The translations under genes and the position numbers were made by a program. From the NCBI GenBank assembly GCA_000146465.1, contig CP001944.1: 64,000 nt of DNA; one strand, 5' to 3'. Below, piece after piece: positions 19,254 to 31,848 of this stretch; the first letter of the stretch is position 1; every line of letters begins with the position of its first letter. The notes under the pieces are model-generated. The model made no database searches. It was not told where the DNA came from and saw only the letters and a list, made by a program, of their open reading frames with translations.

Positions 19254-20201
19254 GCATGCACAAGATGTGGGGTGTCCCAAGCCATAGTCATCCGGCCTAA
19301 GGATAAGAGTAAAGTCTGCAAGGCATGTTTTTTCAATGGTTTTGAGGAGGATGTCCATGAAACAATAACATCCTCAAAGATGTTCAAAGAAGGAGACAAG
19401 ATTGGAATCGGGGTGAGTGGGGGAAAAGACAGTACGGTGCTGGCCTATGTATTGGACCTTCTCAACAAAAGGCATAAGTATGGGATAGAGCTTATACTAC
19501 TCAGTGTAGATGAAGGAATAGCAGGATACAGAGACCACTCCATCGAAACGGTATGCAAGAACAGCAAAAGCTTTGGATTGAAGCTTAGGATAGTGTCATT
19601 TGAAGAGATATTTGGAGTGACGATGGATGGGATTGCTCATAAAACAGGGAAGAGAGGAAATTGCACATACTGTGGGGTGTTCCGTAGGCAGGCTCTAGAA
19701 GAGGCGGCAAGGGAAATGGGAGTAGATATGATAGCAACAGGACACAATGCAGATGACATGGCCGAAACAGTTCTGCTTAATGTAATTCGAGGAGACATTT
19801 CCAGGCTTGGAAGATGCACTCGGGAAAAGACAAAAGAGCAGAAAAATGGAGACGGAAAAGTGATATCGCTTTCGAGACTCAAGCCGTTTAAGCACATTTA
19901 TCAGAAGGAGATAGTTCTTTATGCATTTTACAAAAAGCTGGAATATTTTTCAACGGAATGCACATATTCTTTTGGAGCATCTCGGGGAGACCTCAGAATG
20001 CTGGTGAAGCAGCTGGAAAGGGAAGATCCGAGAGTGATACTGGAAGTGATAAGAAGTGGGGATCTGCTTCAGCAGAAGGAGTGCATGGACAGAACACCTG
20101 GAGAGTGTGTGATGTGCGGGCATTCGACATCCTCCGGGGATACCATATGCAACGGATGTACTCTGATCAAGAGATTGGGTAATACAAAACCTAACTATTG
20201 A
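19251..20201 (+). CDS. NCS6: Cytoplasmic tRNA 2-thiolation protein 1 (Ncs6/CTU1)
   Basis: N-terminal Zn-ribbon 'CTRCGVSQAIVIRPKDKSKVCKACFF', PP-loop 'GVSGGKDSTVLAYVL', 'CTYCGVFRRQALEEAA' and a C-terminal Cys cluster. 'tccctggaaATG' start motif. Confidence 0.85.
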   Translation: MACTRCGVSQAIVIRPKDKSKVCKACFFNGFEEDVHETITSSKMFKEGDKIGIGVSGGKDSTVLAYVLDLLNKRHKYGIELILLSVDEGIAGYRDHSIETVCKNSKSFGLKLRIVSFEEIFGVTMDGIAHKTGKRGNCTYCGVFRRQALEEAAREMGVDMIATGHNADDMAETVLLNVIRGDISRLGRCTREKTKEQKNGDGKVISLSRLKPFKHIYQKEIVLYAFYKKLEYFSTECTYSFGASRGDLRMLVKQLEREDPRVILEVIRSGDLLQQKECMDRTPGECVMCGHSTSSGDTICNGCTLIKRLGNTKPNY

Positions 20202-21040
20202 GGTTTACTTGAACAGGCTGCTTTTCTATCGAGATCCTTTTCAAGAAGCCAGACTGATATGTGGGAGACCCAATACACAAATGTGACAATACAACTATAT
20301 ACACAAAATATTCTGACGTCTGGAAGAAACGTCATGATAGACACAAAGACATATACCAAGGCTGTTGCCCACGTGCTCCTATGAATTCCAAGGCGTTCAA
20401 TGTGATTTAATAGGATTATGTATCCCATGAATGTTGAACACAGAAGATTGAAGACCGAGGATGGCTCATTGAACCTCGACGAAAGAAGGATGAATCCTAG
20501 GAAATAGGATGTCAAGCCAAGTATTTGGTTGCTTGATGTTCTCTTTGGTATGTTTATACTTTCTTCAAGAGAAAGAGGAGTCTCTTCATCTTTCACTTCG
20601 ATAGGAGATCCTGTATTATATATGGATGCGGACACAGAGTCTATAATGAAGAATAACTGTGTTATTGTGAAATATACATATAGCGTAGTGGGATGTATTT
20701 CAAGGGTTAGAGTTCTTATTAAAGGAGATAACAAGTATGCAAATGTTAGAAGCATGAAGTTTGGCTTTAGATTGATTCCTGTGTCTTCTCTATTCTCTAA
20801 AAAGTTTTCTATAAATGTGGAAATGAAAGAGAACCATGACGACTTTGGCATCCCAGGCTTATCCTCCAGCATCATAACCTTGAAAAGAGAGAGGGATAGC
20901 ATTACTATGGATATTCTAATGACCATTCTATTTATGTCTTCGTAGATCTCATTCACACCTCTCCTCTTGCACACCTGATGAACTTCCATGTAGTTTATTG
21001 GGTATTCCTGCTGTAAATACAGACATCTCTTCCAAAGCAT
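20195..21040 (-). CDS. Hypothetical multi-pass membrane protein
   Basis: 281-aa ORF with about 6 hydrophobic helices; no motif recognised. Its 3' end overlaps the CTU1 stop by a few nt. Confidence 0.35.
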   Translation of the reverse strand: MLWKRCLYLQQEYPINYMEVHQVCKRRGVNEIYEDINRMVIRISIVMLSLSLFKVMMLEDKPGMPKSSWFSFISTFIENFLENREDTGINLKPNFMLLTFAYLLSPLIRTLTLEIHPTTLYVYFTITQLFFIIDSVSASIYNTGSPIEVKDEETPLSLEESINIPKRTSSNQILGLTSYFLGFILLSSRFNEPSSVFNLLCSTFMGYIILLNHIERLGIHRSTWATALVYVFVSIMTFLPDVRIFCVYSCIVTFVYWVSHISVWLLEKDLDRKAACSSKPQ

Positions 21041-21108
21041 TCAAATACCCTTCAGAACCACCAAGAATTTAACTTTGTTCTTTTATTTTATGTGCATAGA
21101 TAGATCCT

Positions 21109-21336
21109 TTATGGATTAAGTTTTATGCATCTCGACAGATGCTGCGTAAACTTGGCTGCCATCACCTGTTTCCGGCAAGATGGGCATTTTAGCCTTGGAA
21201 CTGAGGTACAAGGCACCGTTGCATAGTTTCCAGGCTTTCTTATATATTTCTGTGTGCATCTTTCCTCCACCACCTTTAGGAGGTATTTCTCAAGAACATA
21301 GCGAAATACAGACTCCATGATTTCCCCGTTCTTCAT
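21109..21336 (-). CDS. Sgf11-like zinc-finger protein (SAGA deubiquitinase module)
   Basis: C-terminal 'CPSCRKQVMAAKFTQHLSRC' has the Sgf11-type C-x2-C-x11-H-x3-C spacing (yeast 'CENCGRDVSANRLAAHLQRC'); short helical N-terminus. Confidence 0.4.
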   Translation of the reverse strand: MKNGEIMESVFRYVLEKYLLKVVEERCTQKYIRKPGNYATVPCTSVPRLKCPSCRKQVMAAKFTQHLSRCIKLNP

Positions 21337-21359
21337 AAACAAAAAACAATCTCCCCCTC

Positions 21360-23879
<2,520 letters not shown>

Positions 23880-23925
23880 CAAGGGATTTTAGAGTTGTAT
23901 TTTGGGGACTCCAAACCCATAAAAA

Positions 23926-25056
23926 ATGGTTTTTGAATCCGATCTTCCAGAAGCAACTCTGGAGCGCTACTCCAGGCAGATCATTGTCCCGGGAATACAT
24001 GTGAAAGGACAGAAGAGCCTTGGAAGCTCGGGAGTATTAGTGGTAGGATGCGGAGGATTGGGGTCTCCGGCCATCCTGTATTTGTTATCGTGTGGAATAG
24101 GGAGAATAGGACTGGTGGATTTTGATAAGGTTGAGATCCACAATTTACAGAGACAGGTTATATACACCGAGGCAGATGTATCTCAGTACAAGGTCACGGC
24201 TGCGTTATCCTTTGTCAAAAGAGCGAATTCTTTGATTAAGGCTGTGGGGTACAACGAGTTTCTGGGAAGGGAGAATGTCGAAAGAATTGTTGCCCCGTAT
24301 GATATTGTTCTGGATTGCACAGACAGCATATGCACAAGATATCTTTTGAGTGACTGTTGCCAGGCTCTTTCCAAAAGTCTTATCTGTGGATCGGTTCTCA
24401 GATGGGAGGGGCAGTTGTACAAGCTTACTCCAGATGGTCCCTGCTATAGATGCCTGTTTCCAGACATGAGGGAAAGAACCCTTACATGTGAGGATGCAGG
24501 TGTTGTGGGGCCGATTTGTGGAATTATTGGATCTCTTCAGGCTTTGGAAGCAATCAAAACGATTATGGGAAATACCGAGCCTAAGATGACAATCTATAAC
24601 GGTATAACATCAAACTTTGTAGACTCCAAGCTTAGGAGTTCAAGGAATGACTGCATTGTTTGTTCAAGAAAATGTATCCCAGAAGACCTCTACTTTCCCA
24701 CAGCTAAGTGTACGGCCGTCTCTGATGACAAGGCAACGAATCAGAATGTGGAGACAATTAACTGGGAAGACATTTTGAATAATCTCGACTCCTATCTTCT
24801 TATAGACGTTAGGCCACCAATACAACACGAGATGTTCAGGATAAAAGGTTCTGTGAGCATTCCGCTTGCGGATCTACCAGATAAGATTGGAGATATCGAG
24901 GCGTCTGGAAAAAAGATAGGAGTTGTATGCAAAAGAGGAATATCGTCTCGAAAGGGAGCTTGGATACTGAATATGAATGGGATTGAGGCCTTTTCTGTTA
25001 ATGGAGGAGTCGACAGGCTCAAAAGTCTCCTGAGAAAAACAGGAGCTGGTCCTTGA
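23926..25056 (+). CDS. UBA4: URM1-activating enzyme Uba4/MOCS3 (E1-like adenylyltransferase plus rhodanese domain)
   Basis: 'ERYSRQIIVPGIHVKGQKSLGSSGVLVVGCGGLGSP...VDFDKVEIHNLQRQ' ThiF/MoeB fold, CxxC pair 'CYRC', and a C-terminal rhodanese 'VCKRGISSRKGAWIL'. Confidence 0.85.
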   Translation: MVFESDLPEATLERYSRQIIVPGIHVKGQKSLGSSGVLVVGCGGLGSPAILYLLSCGIGRIGLVDFDKVEIHNLQRQVIYTEADVSQYKVTAALSFVKRANSLIKAVGYNEFLGRENVERIVAPYDIVLDCTDSICTRYLLSDCCQALSKSLICGSVLRWEGQLYKLTPDGPCYRCLFPDMRERTLTCEDAGVVGPICGIIGSLQALEAIKTIMGNTEPKMTIYNGITSNFVDSKLRSSRNDCIVCSRKCIPEDLYFPTAKCTAVSDDKATNQNVETINWEDILNNLDSYLLIDVRPPIQHEMFRIKGSVSIPLADLPDKIGDIEASGKKIGVVCKRGISSRKGAWILNMNGIEAFSVNGGVDRLKSLLRKTGAGP

Positions 25057-25087
25057 ATAATTTTTTCCAAAAGTCAAGTCCATACAG

Positions 25088-25588
25088 ATGTCGGGGAAGT
25101 CTTTAAAGGAAGTTCTGAACTTGGAGATCTTTAGAGATAAGAAGATATGTGTAGATGAGGTTCTCCCTCAGAATGTGGATTTTCTTATTGTTGATCTTTC
25201 GGATGCCTTGGGACTCTCTATATCTGCATTCAGCGAAGAGACAGATCACTACAGAAAGATTGCAAAAAGCCGCAATAAACAAGTTTCTGTAAATTCGGCC
25301 TATGATGGAGATTGCATGGAGCCAGACATCATGGATGATGTATGGAGTGCAATGAACATATGGGGAATAGATGGATGTGGGAAAATTCAAGTATATAGGT
25401 CAGGGACCTGCAAGAAGTCGGACTGGTACAAATACGATATCGTCATTAGGGTTCAGCCACTGGATAGTGGAATATCCACCGACATTGATGGAAAGATTCT
25501 AATTTTTGGAAGGGGGAGAAAGTATCTTGAGCTTAGATACAAGATATTAAGAGACAGAGTTGACTATTACACTCAACAGTTTGAATAG
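25088..25588 (+). CDS. Hypothetical protein (166 aa)
   Basis: Complete ORF with a compact flanking context; no motif recognised. Confidence 0.3.
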   Translation: MSGKSLKEVLNLEIFRDKKICVDEVLPQNVDFLIVDLSDALGLSISAFSEETDHYRKIAKSRNKQVSVNSAYDGDCMEPDIMDDVWSAMNIWGIDGCGKIQVYRSGTCKKSDWYKYDIVIRVQPLDSGISTDIDGKILIFGRGRKYLELRYKILRDRVDYYTQQFE

Positions 25589-25674
25589 GCAATAAAAATC
25601 CCAAGATTTCTATTTGTTTATAGGAATATAATTTTCATCAAGCAAAAGCTTCTGGAGGAAAGGGGAAAGCAGCA

Positions 25675-25747
25675 GCCCCTGTAGTGTAGTGGTTATCACG
25701 CATCCTTTACACGGATGAGGTCCTTGGTTCGATCCCGAGCGGGGGCA
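25675..25747 (+). tRNA. tRNA-Val (UAC)
   Basis: Acceptor GCCCCTG/CGGGGGC, 'GTAGTGTAGTGGTTATCACG' D-arm, anticodon stem CATCC/GGATG with loop TTTACAC (anticodon TAC), T-arm CTTGG-TTCGATC-CCGAG. No intron. Confidence 0.85.
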
Positions 25748-25797
25748 TTTTTCTACTGTAGATGAAGAAAGAACTTCTTTTTAAGAGGATTTCCTTG

Positions 25798-26733
25798 TCA
25801 GAAAATGATATAATTTCTCTTTTTTCCTTCTAGCATATTTATCACCACAGATAGTTCATAATATGCATACCAAATAAACAATATTATTAGCACAACAGAT
25901 ATGGCTATGTTGCACGAACTAGCAAACTCGTCGGAGATCTCCAGTTCCCTTCGAAAAAAGGGATAAATCCTTTTGGTAAGTTCTAAAAGGTAGAACATGA
26001 TCATGATATAAAAAAAAGGAGTAAGGACTAATGCTATAGCAAAATTAACGGGCTTTGGGAAGTTTAGAAGATTTTCTACAATGTCCTGATTTTCGTGGGA
26101 GACAACTACGTTAACCACCCAGCATCCCATAACCTCTGCAAGTATCTCAATAAATGTAATACTTTCTATATTCTCCAGAAGACTCCAAGCCGAAGAAAAG
26201 AAATATTGTGCTTTTACAAAACGAATAACATGCTCTGGCCCCAGATTATCTTTCATCTTTTTTTCGTTTTTACCTTTCAAGAGAATCACTAGAATAGAGA
26301 CCCGAACAATAAGCATCAAAACTTTCCGGAGGTCAATGGTCTTCATCTTAAACACACTAATAACACTTTTGAAGAAGAATCCAAGAGTGATGTTTGCGAA
26401 TATAAGAAGTGTATAAATAATACAGAAAGCCTTTCTAATCTCTAGTACCATTTTGACTTCTTCTATTTTTTTGGCCTGCTTCTCTATGTTACTCCAAACT
26501 AACCCGAACTCTAGAAACCTCTTGAAAGGCCATAGAATATATCGGCTTGGAGGAAAAATCCTATAGATTGCATTAAAGATAAAGTCCCACCGAATTAATC
26601 CTAATATAACGATCACTATGCAAGTCCACGTAAGCCAGAAAAAAGTCCAGAATACTCCCCTTTCTCTTTTTTTTGAATATCTGTCTTTCCTTTTAGTACC
26701 ATCTACATCCTGAGACTTTTTTAAAGTGTCCAT
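25798..26733 (-). CDS. Hypothetical multi-pass membrane protein
   Basis: The ORF-track start at 26745 is TTG and the ATG is at 26733. K/F/I-rich with 7 or more hydrophobic segments and a charged N-terminus. Confidence 0.35.
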   Translation of the reverse strand: MDTLKKSQDVDGTKRKDRYSKKRERGVFWTFFWLTWTCIVIVILGLIRWDFIFNAIYRIFPPSRYILWPFKRFLEFGLVWSNIEKQAKKIEEVKMVLEIRKAFCIIYTLLIFANITLGFFFKSVISVFKMKTIDLRKVLMLIVRVSILVILLKGKNEKKMKDNLGPEHVIRFVKAQYFFSSAWSLLENIESITFIEILAEVMGCWVVNVVVSHENQDIVENLLNFPKPVNFAIALVLTPFFYIMIMFYLLELTKRIYPFFRRELEISDEFASSCNIAISVVLIILFIWYAYYELSVVINMLEGKKRNYIIF

Positions 26734-26916
26734 TACAAATATCAAGGCACTGTCTTTTTTTGAGTATTTGCATCTGGCTCCCTGGAAAGTAATTGCATAA
26801 AACTGATGAATATTGAAACAAAACCGATTAGTTAATTACAGATTTAAAGGAGAAATAGAAAATGACATCCAAAGAGGAATACATTTACTAAGATGTTATC
26901 TATCTTATAATCTTCC

Positions 26917-27777
26917 TTATCTAAAACGAAAGGACAAAAACCTAGAAGATAAAAAAGGTTTCTGGCCTAATTCTTTTGCCATATCTATACCCTTCTCGAA
27001 CACGAAAAAGCTCAACAAAAAAAGGATCAATCCACAAGCTACAGTAAGAATCTTCCTTGGGAGTTTAAAGTTCTTCAAGAGCTTTTTCTCAAACTTCATA
27101 AAGATTCCTATGATTATCATAACAAAGAATGATATGAAGAAGACTGGAAATACCACTTCCAGGGCCTTAAGTATATCTTTCTTTGCACTTACATCGGGAA
27201 TCCCACGGCTAATAAAGTCAATAGCAATTTTCAAAAGTGATTGAAATTTTTGAAACTGTTTTTCTTCTATAATGGTAACAGTCTTTGTCAATATCCCTCC
27301 GCTTAGAATAGCTGTAATTGAACCCGATTCAAAGTCCTCGGAAAGTATTTGAGACAAGAACAGGACGTAAGATATAAGGATTGCTGATCCTGTCTTTTCT
27401 GAAGTCATTTGAAATTTCTTAGATCTCCATTCTTGGATTACAAACATCATTAAAACTAGATCTACTAATGCCTTTGCACATTGTAGAATTTCTAATTTTC
27501 TAAAATCTTCGGAGGAGGAGTCCCAAACCTTATACATCAGAATTGTATAGGCCATTTTAATGCACGGAAGTGCCATAGATACATTAGATATTATTCGAAA
27601 CACCATCTTTTTAGTTGAGGTCTGGAGAGGGAAGACTTCAAGGAATTGGATTAATATATACGCCATAATAGTTATGTAGAAAAGGAATACTATTTTCTGT
27701 ATCTTTTCCTTGTTACTGGGCCTAATCAGAAATCTATCCTCCTCCTCGCCATCTTTTACATCGATGATGGAGTTCAT
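26917..27777 (-). CDS. Hypothetical multi-pass membrane protein
   Basis: 286-aa ORF with an acidic N-terminus followed by multiple TM helices. Same overall architecture as its neighbour, so possibly a distant tandem paralogue. Confidence 0.35.
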   Translation of the reverse strand: MNSIIDVKDGEEEDRFLIRPSNKEKIQKIVFLFYITIMAYILIQFLEVFPLQTSTKKMVFRIISNVSMALPCIKMAYTILMYKVWDSSSEDFRKLEILQCAKALVDLVLMMFVIQEWRSKKFQMTSEKTGSAILISYVLFLSQILSEDFESGSITAILSGGILTKTVTIIEEKQFQKFQSLLKIAIDFISRGIPDVSAKKDILKALEVVFPVFFISFFVMIIIGIFMKFEKKLLKNFKLPRKILTVACGLILFLLSFFVFEKGIDMAKELGQKPFLSSRFLSFRFR

Positions 27778-27909
27778 ATGCCTCCTAAAGCTAAATTATT
27801 TATATAAAATCCACCAATAAAGTCACCAATCATGCTAGGCCAGTCCAAAATCAGAGAATAAGCTAAGATTCTTTGTTTGTTGAAATTGTTTGGTGAGCAG
27901 AGCCCTTTA

Positions 27910-29157
27910 ATGAACGGGCAGAAGCAAGAGAACATCATTGAGGAAAAGGATGTGGGATTTATCCTAAGCTATGGAAGAAACTATTACGCCGAAGGAATAA
28001 TGGAAAAGGAAGCAGAGATAAGGAGGTTATTTGAACAGGTGAGCCTGAAGCTTGGGACTAAAGAGGTGGAGACGGGTCTTGCACCTCCGATGTGCTGGGA
28101 TCTTCTTGGAGATAGAAATAGAATTCAGAGCGAGCCCAATCTCCAGGTTGCCAGGGTTTGCAAGGTGCTTGAGGGATACCAGGAGCCAAGATACATGATA
28201 GGAATTAAGATGATAGCCAAGTTTATTGTTGGAAAAGGAAAGCGTGTGGATGCTAGCCTTATACAAGAGGGGATGAGAGTTGGGGTTGATAGAAACAAAT
28301 ACCAAATTATCCTACCTTTGCCTCGGAAAATAGATGCATCTGTGACTCTGATGCAAGTTGAGGAAAGACCCGACGTCACCTATAATGACATTGGGGGATG
28401 TAAGGAGGAGATTGAGAAGATAAGAGAGGTTGTTGAGGCACCTCTTCTGAACCCCGAGAGGTTTATTGCGCTAGGGATCGACCCTCCCAAGGGGGTTCTT
28501 TTATATGGCCCCCCTGGAACTGGAAAGACTCTTTTGGCAAGAGCTGTAGCCAACAGAACAAATGCATGTTTCATAAGAGTCATAGGATCGGAGCTTGTAC
28601 AGAAGTATGTTGGAGAGGGGGCAAGAATGGTTAGAGAGATATTTGCTATGGCGAAGGGAAAGAAGGCTTGTATTATTTTCTTTGACGAGGTTGATGCATT
28701 TGGAGGAACGAGGTTTGATGACGACGATGACAATGAGGTTCAAAGAACAATGCTTGAACTAATCAACCAGTTGGACGGGTTTGACCCACGAGGAAACATA
28801 AAGGTTCTGATGGCAACAAACAGGCCAGACACCCTCGATCCAGCACTTCTCAGGCCTGGAAGACTGGACAGGAAAGTCGAGTTTGGGCTGCCAGACCTTG
28901 AGGGAAGAACATCTATTCTGAAGATCCATGCAAAGACGATGAGCGTCGACAAGGACATCCGCTTTGATTTGATTGCAAGACTCTGTAACAACGCAACAGG
29001 TGCAGAGCTGAGGAGTGTCTGTACAGAGGCAGGGATGTTTGCCATAAGAGAAAGAAGGAAGATTGCAACTGAAGCAGACTTTCTGAAGGCTGTTGATAAA
29101 GTCATCAAGGGATACGCAAAGTTCTCCTCTACCCCAAGATATCTGACCTATAACTAA
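27910..29157 (+). CDS. RPT1: 26S proteasome regulatory ATPase subunit Rpt1 (PSMC2 orthologue)
   Basis: Near-identical to PSMC2 over the AAA domain: '[25 protein letters not shown]', '[48 protein letters not shown]' and the C-terminus '[11 protein letters not shown]'. The start was set to ATG 27910 ('agccctttaATG'). Confidence 0.95.
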   Translation: MNGQKQENIIEEKDVGFILSYGRNYYAEGIMEKEAEIRRLFEQVSLKLGTKEVETGLAPPMCWDLLGDRNRIQSEPNLQVARVCKVLEGYQEPRYMIGIKMIAKFIVGKGKRVDASLIQEGMRVGVDRNKYQIILPLPRKIDASVTLMQVEERPDVTYNDIGGCKEEIEKIREVVEAPLLNPERFIALGIDPPKGVLLYGPPGTGKTLLARAVANRTNACFIRVIGSELVQKYVGEGARMVREIFAMAKGKKACIIFFDEVDAFGGTRFDDDDDNEVQRTMLELINQLDGFDPRGNIKVLMATNRPDTLDPALLRPGRLDRKVEFGLPDLEGRTSILKIHAKTMSVDKDIRFDLIARLCNNATGAELRSVCTEAGMFAIRERRKIATEADFLKAVDKVIKGYAKFSSTPRYLTYN

Positions 29158-29211
29158 AGCAATAAACATGTTATGTCCTGTGTACCTTTCTTGAACCACA
29201 TAAATCTTTGA

Positions 29212-31800
29212 ATGGATAGTAGTTTTGGATTTGGAAGCCCTGGAATGGATGGAAATGTTTTGGGGGTTCTAGGAATACCATTAGAGCTTGTTTTTGAGGA
29301 AGGGTTAGATGCTGAGAAGCAAGCAAGTGTGATTCGTAGAGTAGAAGAAAAGACATGCTTCCGCCTCAAAAGGGAAATGGACATAGACATCTTGATATCT
29401 GAAGTGGCAAATGACGAGACTTCAACCATGGAGACCTTAAAGAGTTATCTAGGAAAGGGTCTTTTTGGAGGGAAGTTTGGTTTTCTGGATGCAGTTAGTG
29501 TGATTGTATGCTCTGAAAAGATTAGTGTTGACGAGATGTCCAAGCATTATGTGCCAATTGATGAGATCATGGGGGAAGAGGTTGAGGAGGTGTTTAGAAG
29601 AATTGCAGACCTTGAGGGAAGGAAACGGATCGAAAGACAGGCCAACCGATGGAGCTTGAAGTCTTTGAAGGACATTTTCAAGAGCAATCCCGACGAAGAC
29701 AAAAGGTTTGCTGATGGGCTCTTTGTTTTGGAAAGATACAAGGAGGCCTATAGAATATACTCAAGATACAATGGAGTTGACGAATTTTCATGTTATTGTA
29801 TCGAAATGTCTATCTACTGCCTGATTTTGTCAAAGAAATCGGTTCCATCAAGTATAGTAAATAGCCTTGGGATGTTCGGGAGTGAGAAGGTATGTCTAGT
29901 TAGGATAACGAGTATAGCCATAGGCTTTTCGGACATTCTTGCCTTAGAGATGTTGGCTCTACTTCAGGAAAAATCGCTTTTTAAGGCTCTTGCCCAGGAA
30001 AGCTTGGCTCAGGTCTTAGATGGGAAGAAGTACCATAGAAAGAAGATAGAAATGTGGTTTAACTCGAGTTTAGAATTCCGAGAGATGAAATATATCGGCC
30101 GATCGATAAGATGCTGCGAATGTTATCTTGACCTTAGCAACTTCAACTTTATTAATGGAATCTTACCTGAACTTGAGAGAAATATATTGCTCTCTCCCAA
30201 TAGATATATTAAGGAAACTCTTGAGTTAATGAAGGGAAACTGCAGTCCTGGCTTGGAGGATGGAGTAATAGAGAAAAGTAAGGAAGAAATAGTCATATGG
30301 AGAGAATATCAAGGATCGATGTGCAATTTTCAAGGAGTTGCGAATGTTGTGGAATCGATTTTTGTGCAATTCAAGGGAAGAGGCCTTGTAAGTATCTTGC
30401 AGAAGGGAGAAGAGACTCCAAAAACCTACTGGACAAATCAAAAGGTTACCTTTGATGGGCCAGGAGAGTTTATTATCGAGGATATTACTTTTAATGCCTG
30501 GGAAGTTGAGTACAAAGTGAAGCTTGGAATTCCAATTGATATTAGAGAGGATACACCCTTTATGCATGTGGAAATGAAAGACGTCCATGAAGTTCTGTGC
30601 GGGGAATTATACTTTCTTTCTTGCAAGATAGTTAGAAACCATAATTCAAGAGTCAAGATTCTCTTTGATAACAGAGAGTTCACAACTAGTAGCAATATGT
30701 TTGGCTTTGAGATGGTATTTCAGGCCGTAGGCGTCTATAGTTGTAGAATAATCTTGGAAGCTGAAGGAGTCATTACATACAAAGATGTAATGTTTACAGT
30801 TATTCCGTCTTTTTCGATAGATACTTTTAACTACAAGTATTGTCTTCCTCTGGTATTTCTGAAGATCGAGAGCCATATTGAAGAGAATTCAAGAGTAAGA
30901 TCCTGTTTGGCACTTAGCAAGGATCTTGAGGTTTCTGGTCTGGACACTACTACTGGGTCATTTTATTCCTACAAGGAATATGCCATTGAGTATTTCAGAA
31001 AAAACATTGTTGGTGTAGGAAGTGGAGATCTTGGACAGACTCTTGGAGTTGAGAAGGAGAAGCCGATACTACCAGAAAATCTCCAGAAGCTGCTACATGG
31101 TATGGACAAATCTCCACCAGTGACATCTGATCTACTTTTCAGCGACCTGATTCCTGTAATGGAAAAGAAGATGATTATACCAGGAGAAGGAACCTACTCC
31201 TTTTGCACCTTCCTCCAGGGGAAAAAACCTCTAAGAGAACTCCTGAGCCCAAGGGCTAAAGAACCTGACAAAGTATCAAAGAGAGAAACCAACGAAGTAA
31301 TCCTATACAGTTTGAAGAATGAAAGCTTAGGGACGATTTTTGATGGATCCTTAGAAGAACAACCAGGAAAAATATCTATGAGAATAGAGATTGAAATACC
31401 ACCTAAAAGAGTGTGTGTGTTTGTGGTTAAAGGGATATTCGAGGCCCTGTTCTCTCCAGAGGGTTTATCTGATGAGGGAATAATCAAACCTATCTGTCCA
31501 TTTGTCTACATAACACATTTCTCACCAGCACGGTTGAAGGAACCTACAATAATATACTTATGTGTCAGCAATTACTATGAGCAACATGTTCTGGATGTGG
31601 AGATTTCGTCTCCTACCATAGCCATATGTAGCTCAGATTCCAAATTCAGAGTTGAAAAACTTTCGTTCTCCCTTTTCGAGGTCCGATCTGCATTCAAAAA
31701 GAGAAAGAAATATGAAGAAAGCGACATCAAAATTAGTATAAAGGTTGAAAACGAGGAGATTGATCATGAATGTTTGGTAGAGCTTCCACTTGTTTCATGA
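29212..31800 (+). CDS. Large hypothetical protein (862 aa), weakly TRAPPC8/Trs85-like at the N-terminus
   Basis: Long uninterrupted ORF. 'RFADGLFVLERYKEAYRIYS' loosely resembles the Trs85 'LADL.F..RDYELAL..Y' block; otherwise there are no recognised domains. Confidence 0.4.
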   Translation: MDSSFGFGSPGMDGNVLGVLGIPLELVFEEGLDAEKQASVIRRVEEKTCFRLKREMDIDILISEVANDETSTMETLKSYLGKGLFGGKFGFLDAVSVIVCSEKISVDEMSKHYVPIDEIMGEEVEEVFRRIADLEGRKRIERQANRWSLKSLKDIFKSNPDEDKRFADGLFVLERYKEAYRIYSRYNGVDEFSCYCIEMSIYCLILSKKSVPSSIVNSLGMFGSEKVCLVRITSIAIGFSDILALEMLALLQEKSLFKALAQESLAQVLDGKKYHRKKIEMWFNSSLEFREMKYIGRSIRCCECYLDLSNFNFINGILPELERNILLSPNRYIKETLELMKGNCSPGLEDGVIEKSKEEIVIWREYQGSMCNFQGVANVVESIFVQFKGRGLVSILQKGEETPKTYWTNQKVTFDGPGEFIIEDITFNAWEVEYKVKLGIPIDIREDTPFMHVEMKDVHEVLCGELYFLSCKIVRNHNSRVKILFDNREFTTSSNMFGFEMVFQAVGVYSCRIILEAEGVITYKDVMFTVIPSFSIDTFNYKYCLPLVFLKIESHIEENSRVRSCLALSKDLEVSGLDTTTGSFYSYKEYAIEYFRKNIVGVGSGDLGQTLGVEKEKPILPENLQKLLHGMDKSPPVTSDLLFSDLIPVMEKKMIIPGEGTYSFCTFLQGKKPLRELLSPRAKEPDKVSKRETNEVILYSLKNESLGTIFDGSLEEQPGKISMRIEIEIPPKRVCVFVVKGIFEALFSPEGLSDEGIIKPICPFVYITHFSPARLKEPTIIYLCVSNYYEQHVLDVEISSPTIAICSSDSKFRVEKLSFSLFEVRSAFKKRKKYEESDIKISIKVENEEIDHECLVELPLVS

Positions 31801-31836
31801 TATTTAGGAATAGCTTCTTAATAAAAACAGAAGAGA

Positions 31837-31848
31837 ACCCTGGAAATG
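31837..31848 (+). promoter_or_regulatory. Start-proximal CCC motif 'accctggaaATG' (NMT)
   Basis: Same 8-mer directly 5' of the ATG. Confidence 0.55.
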
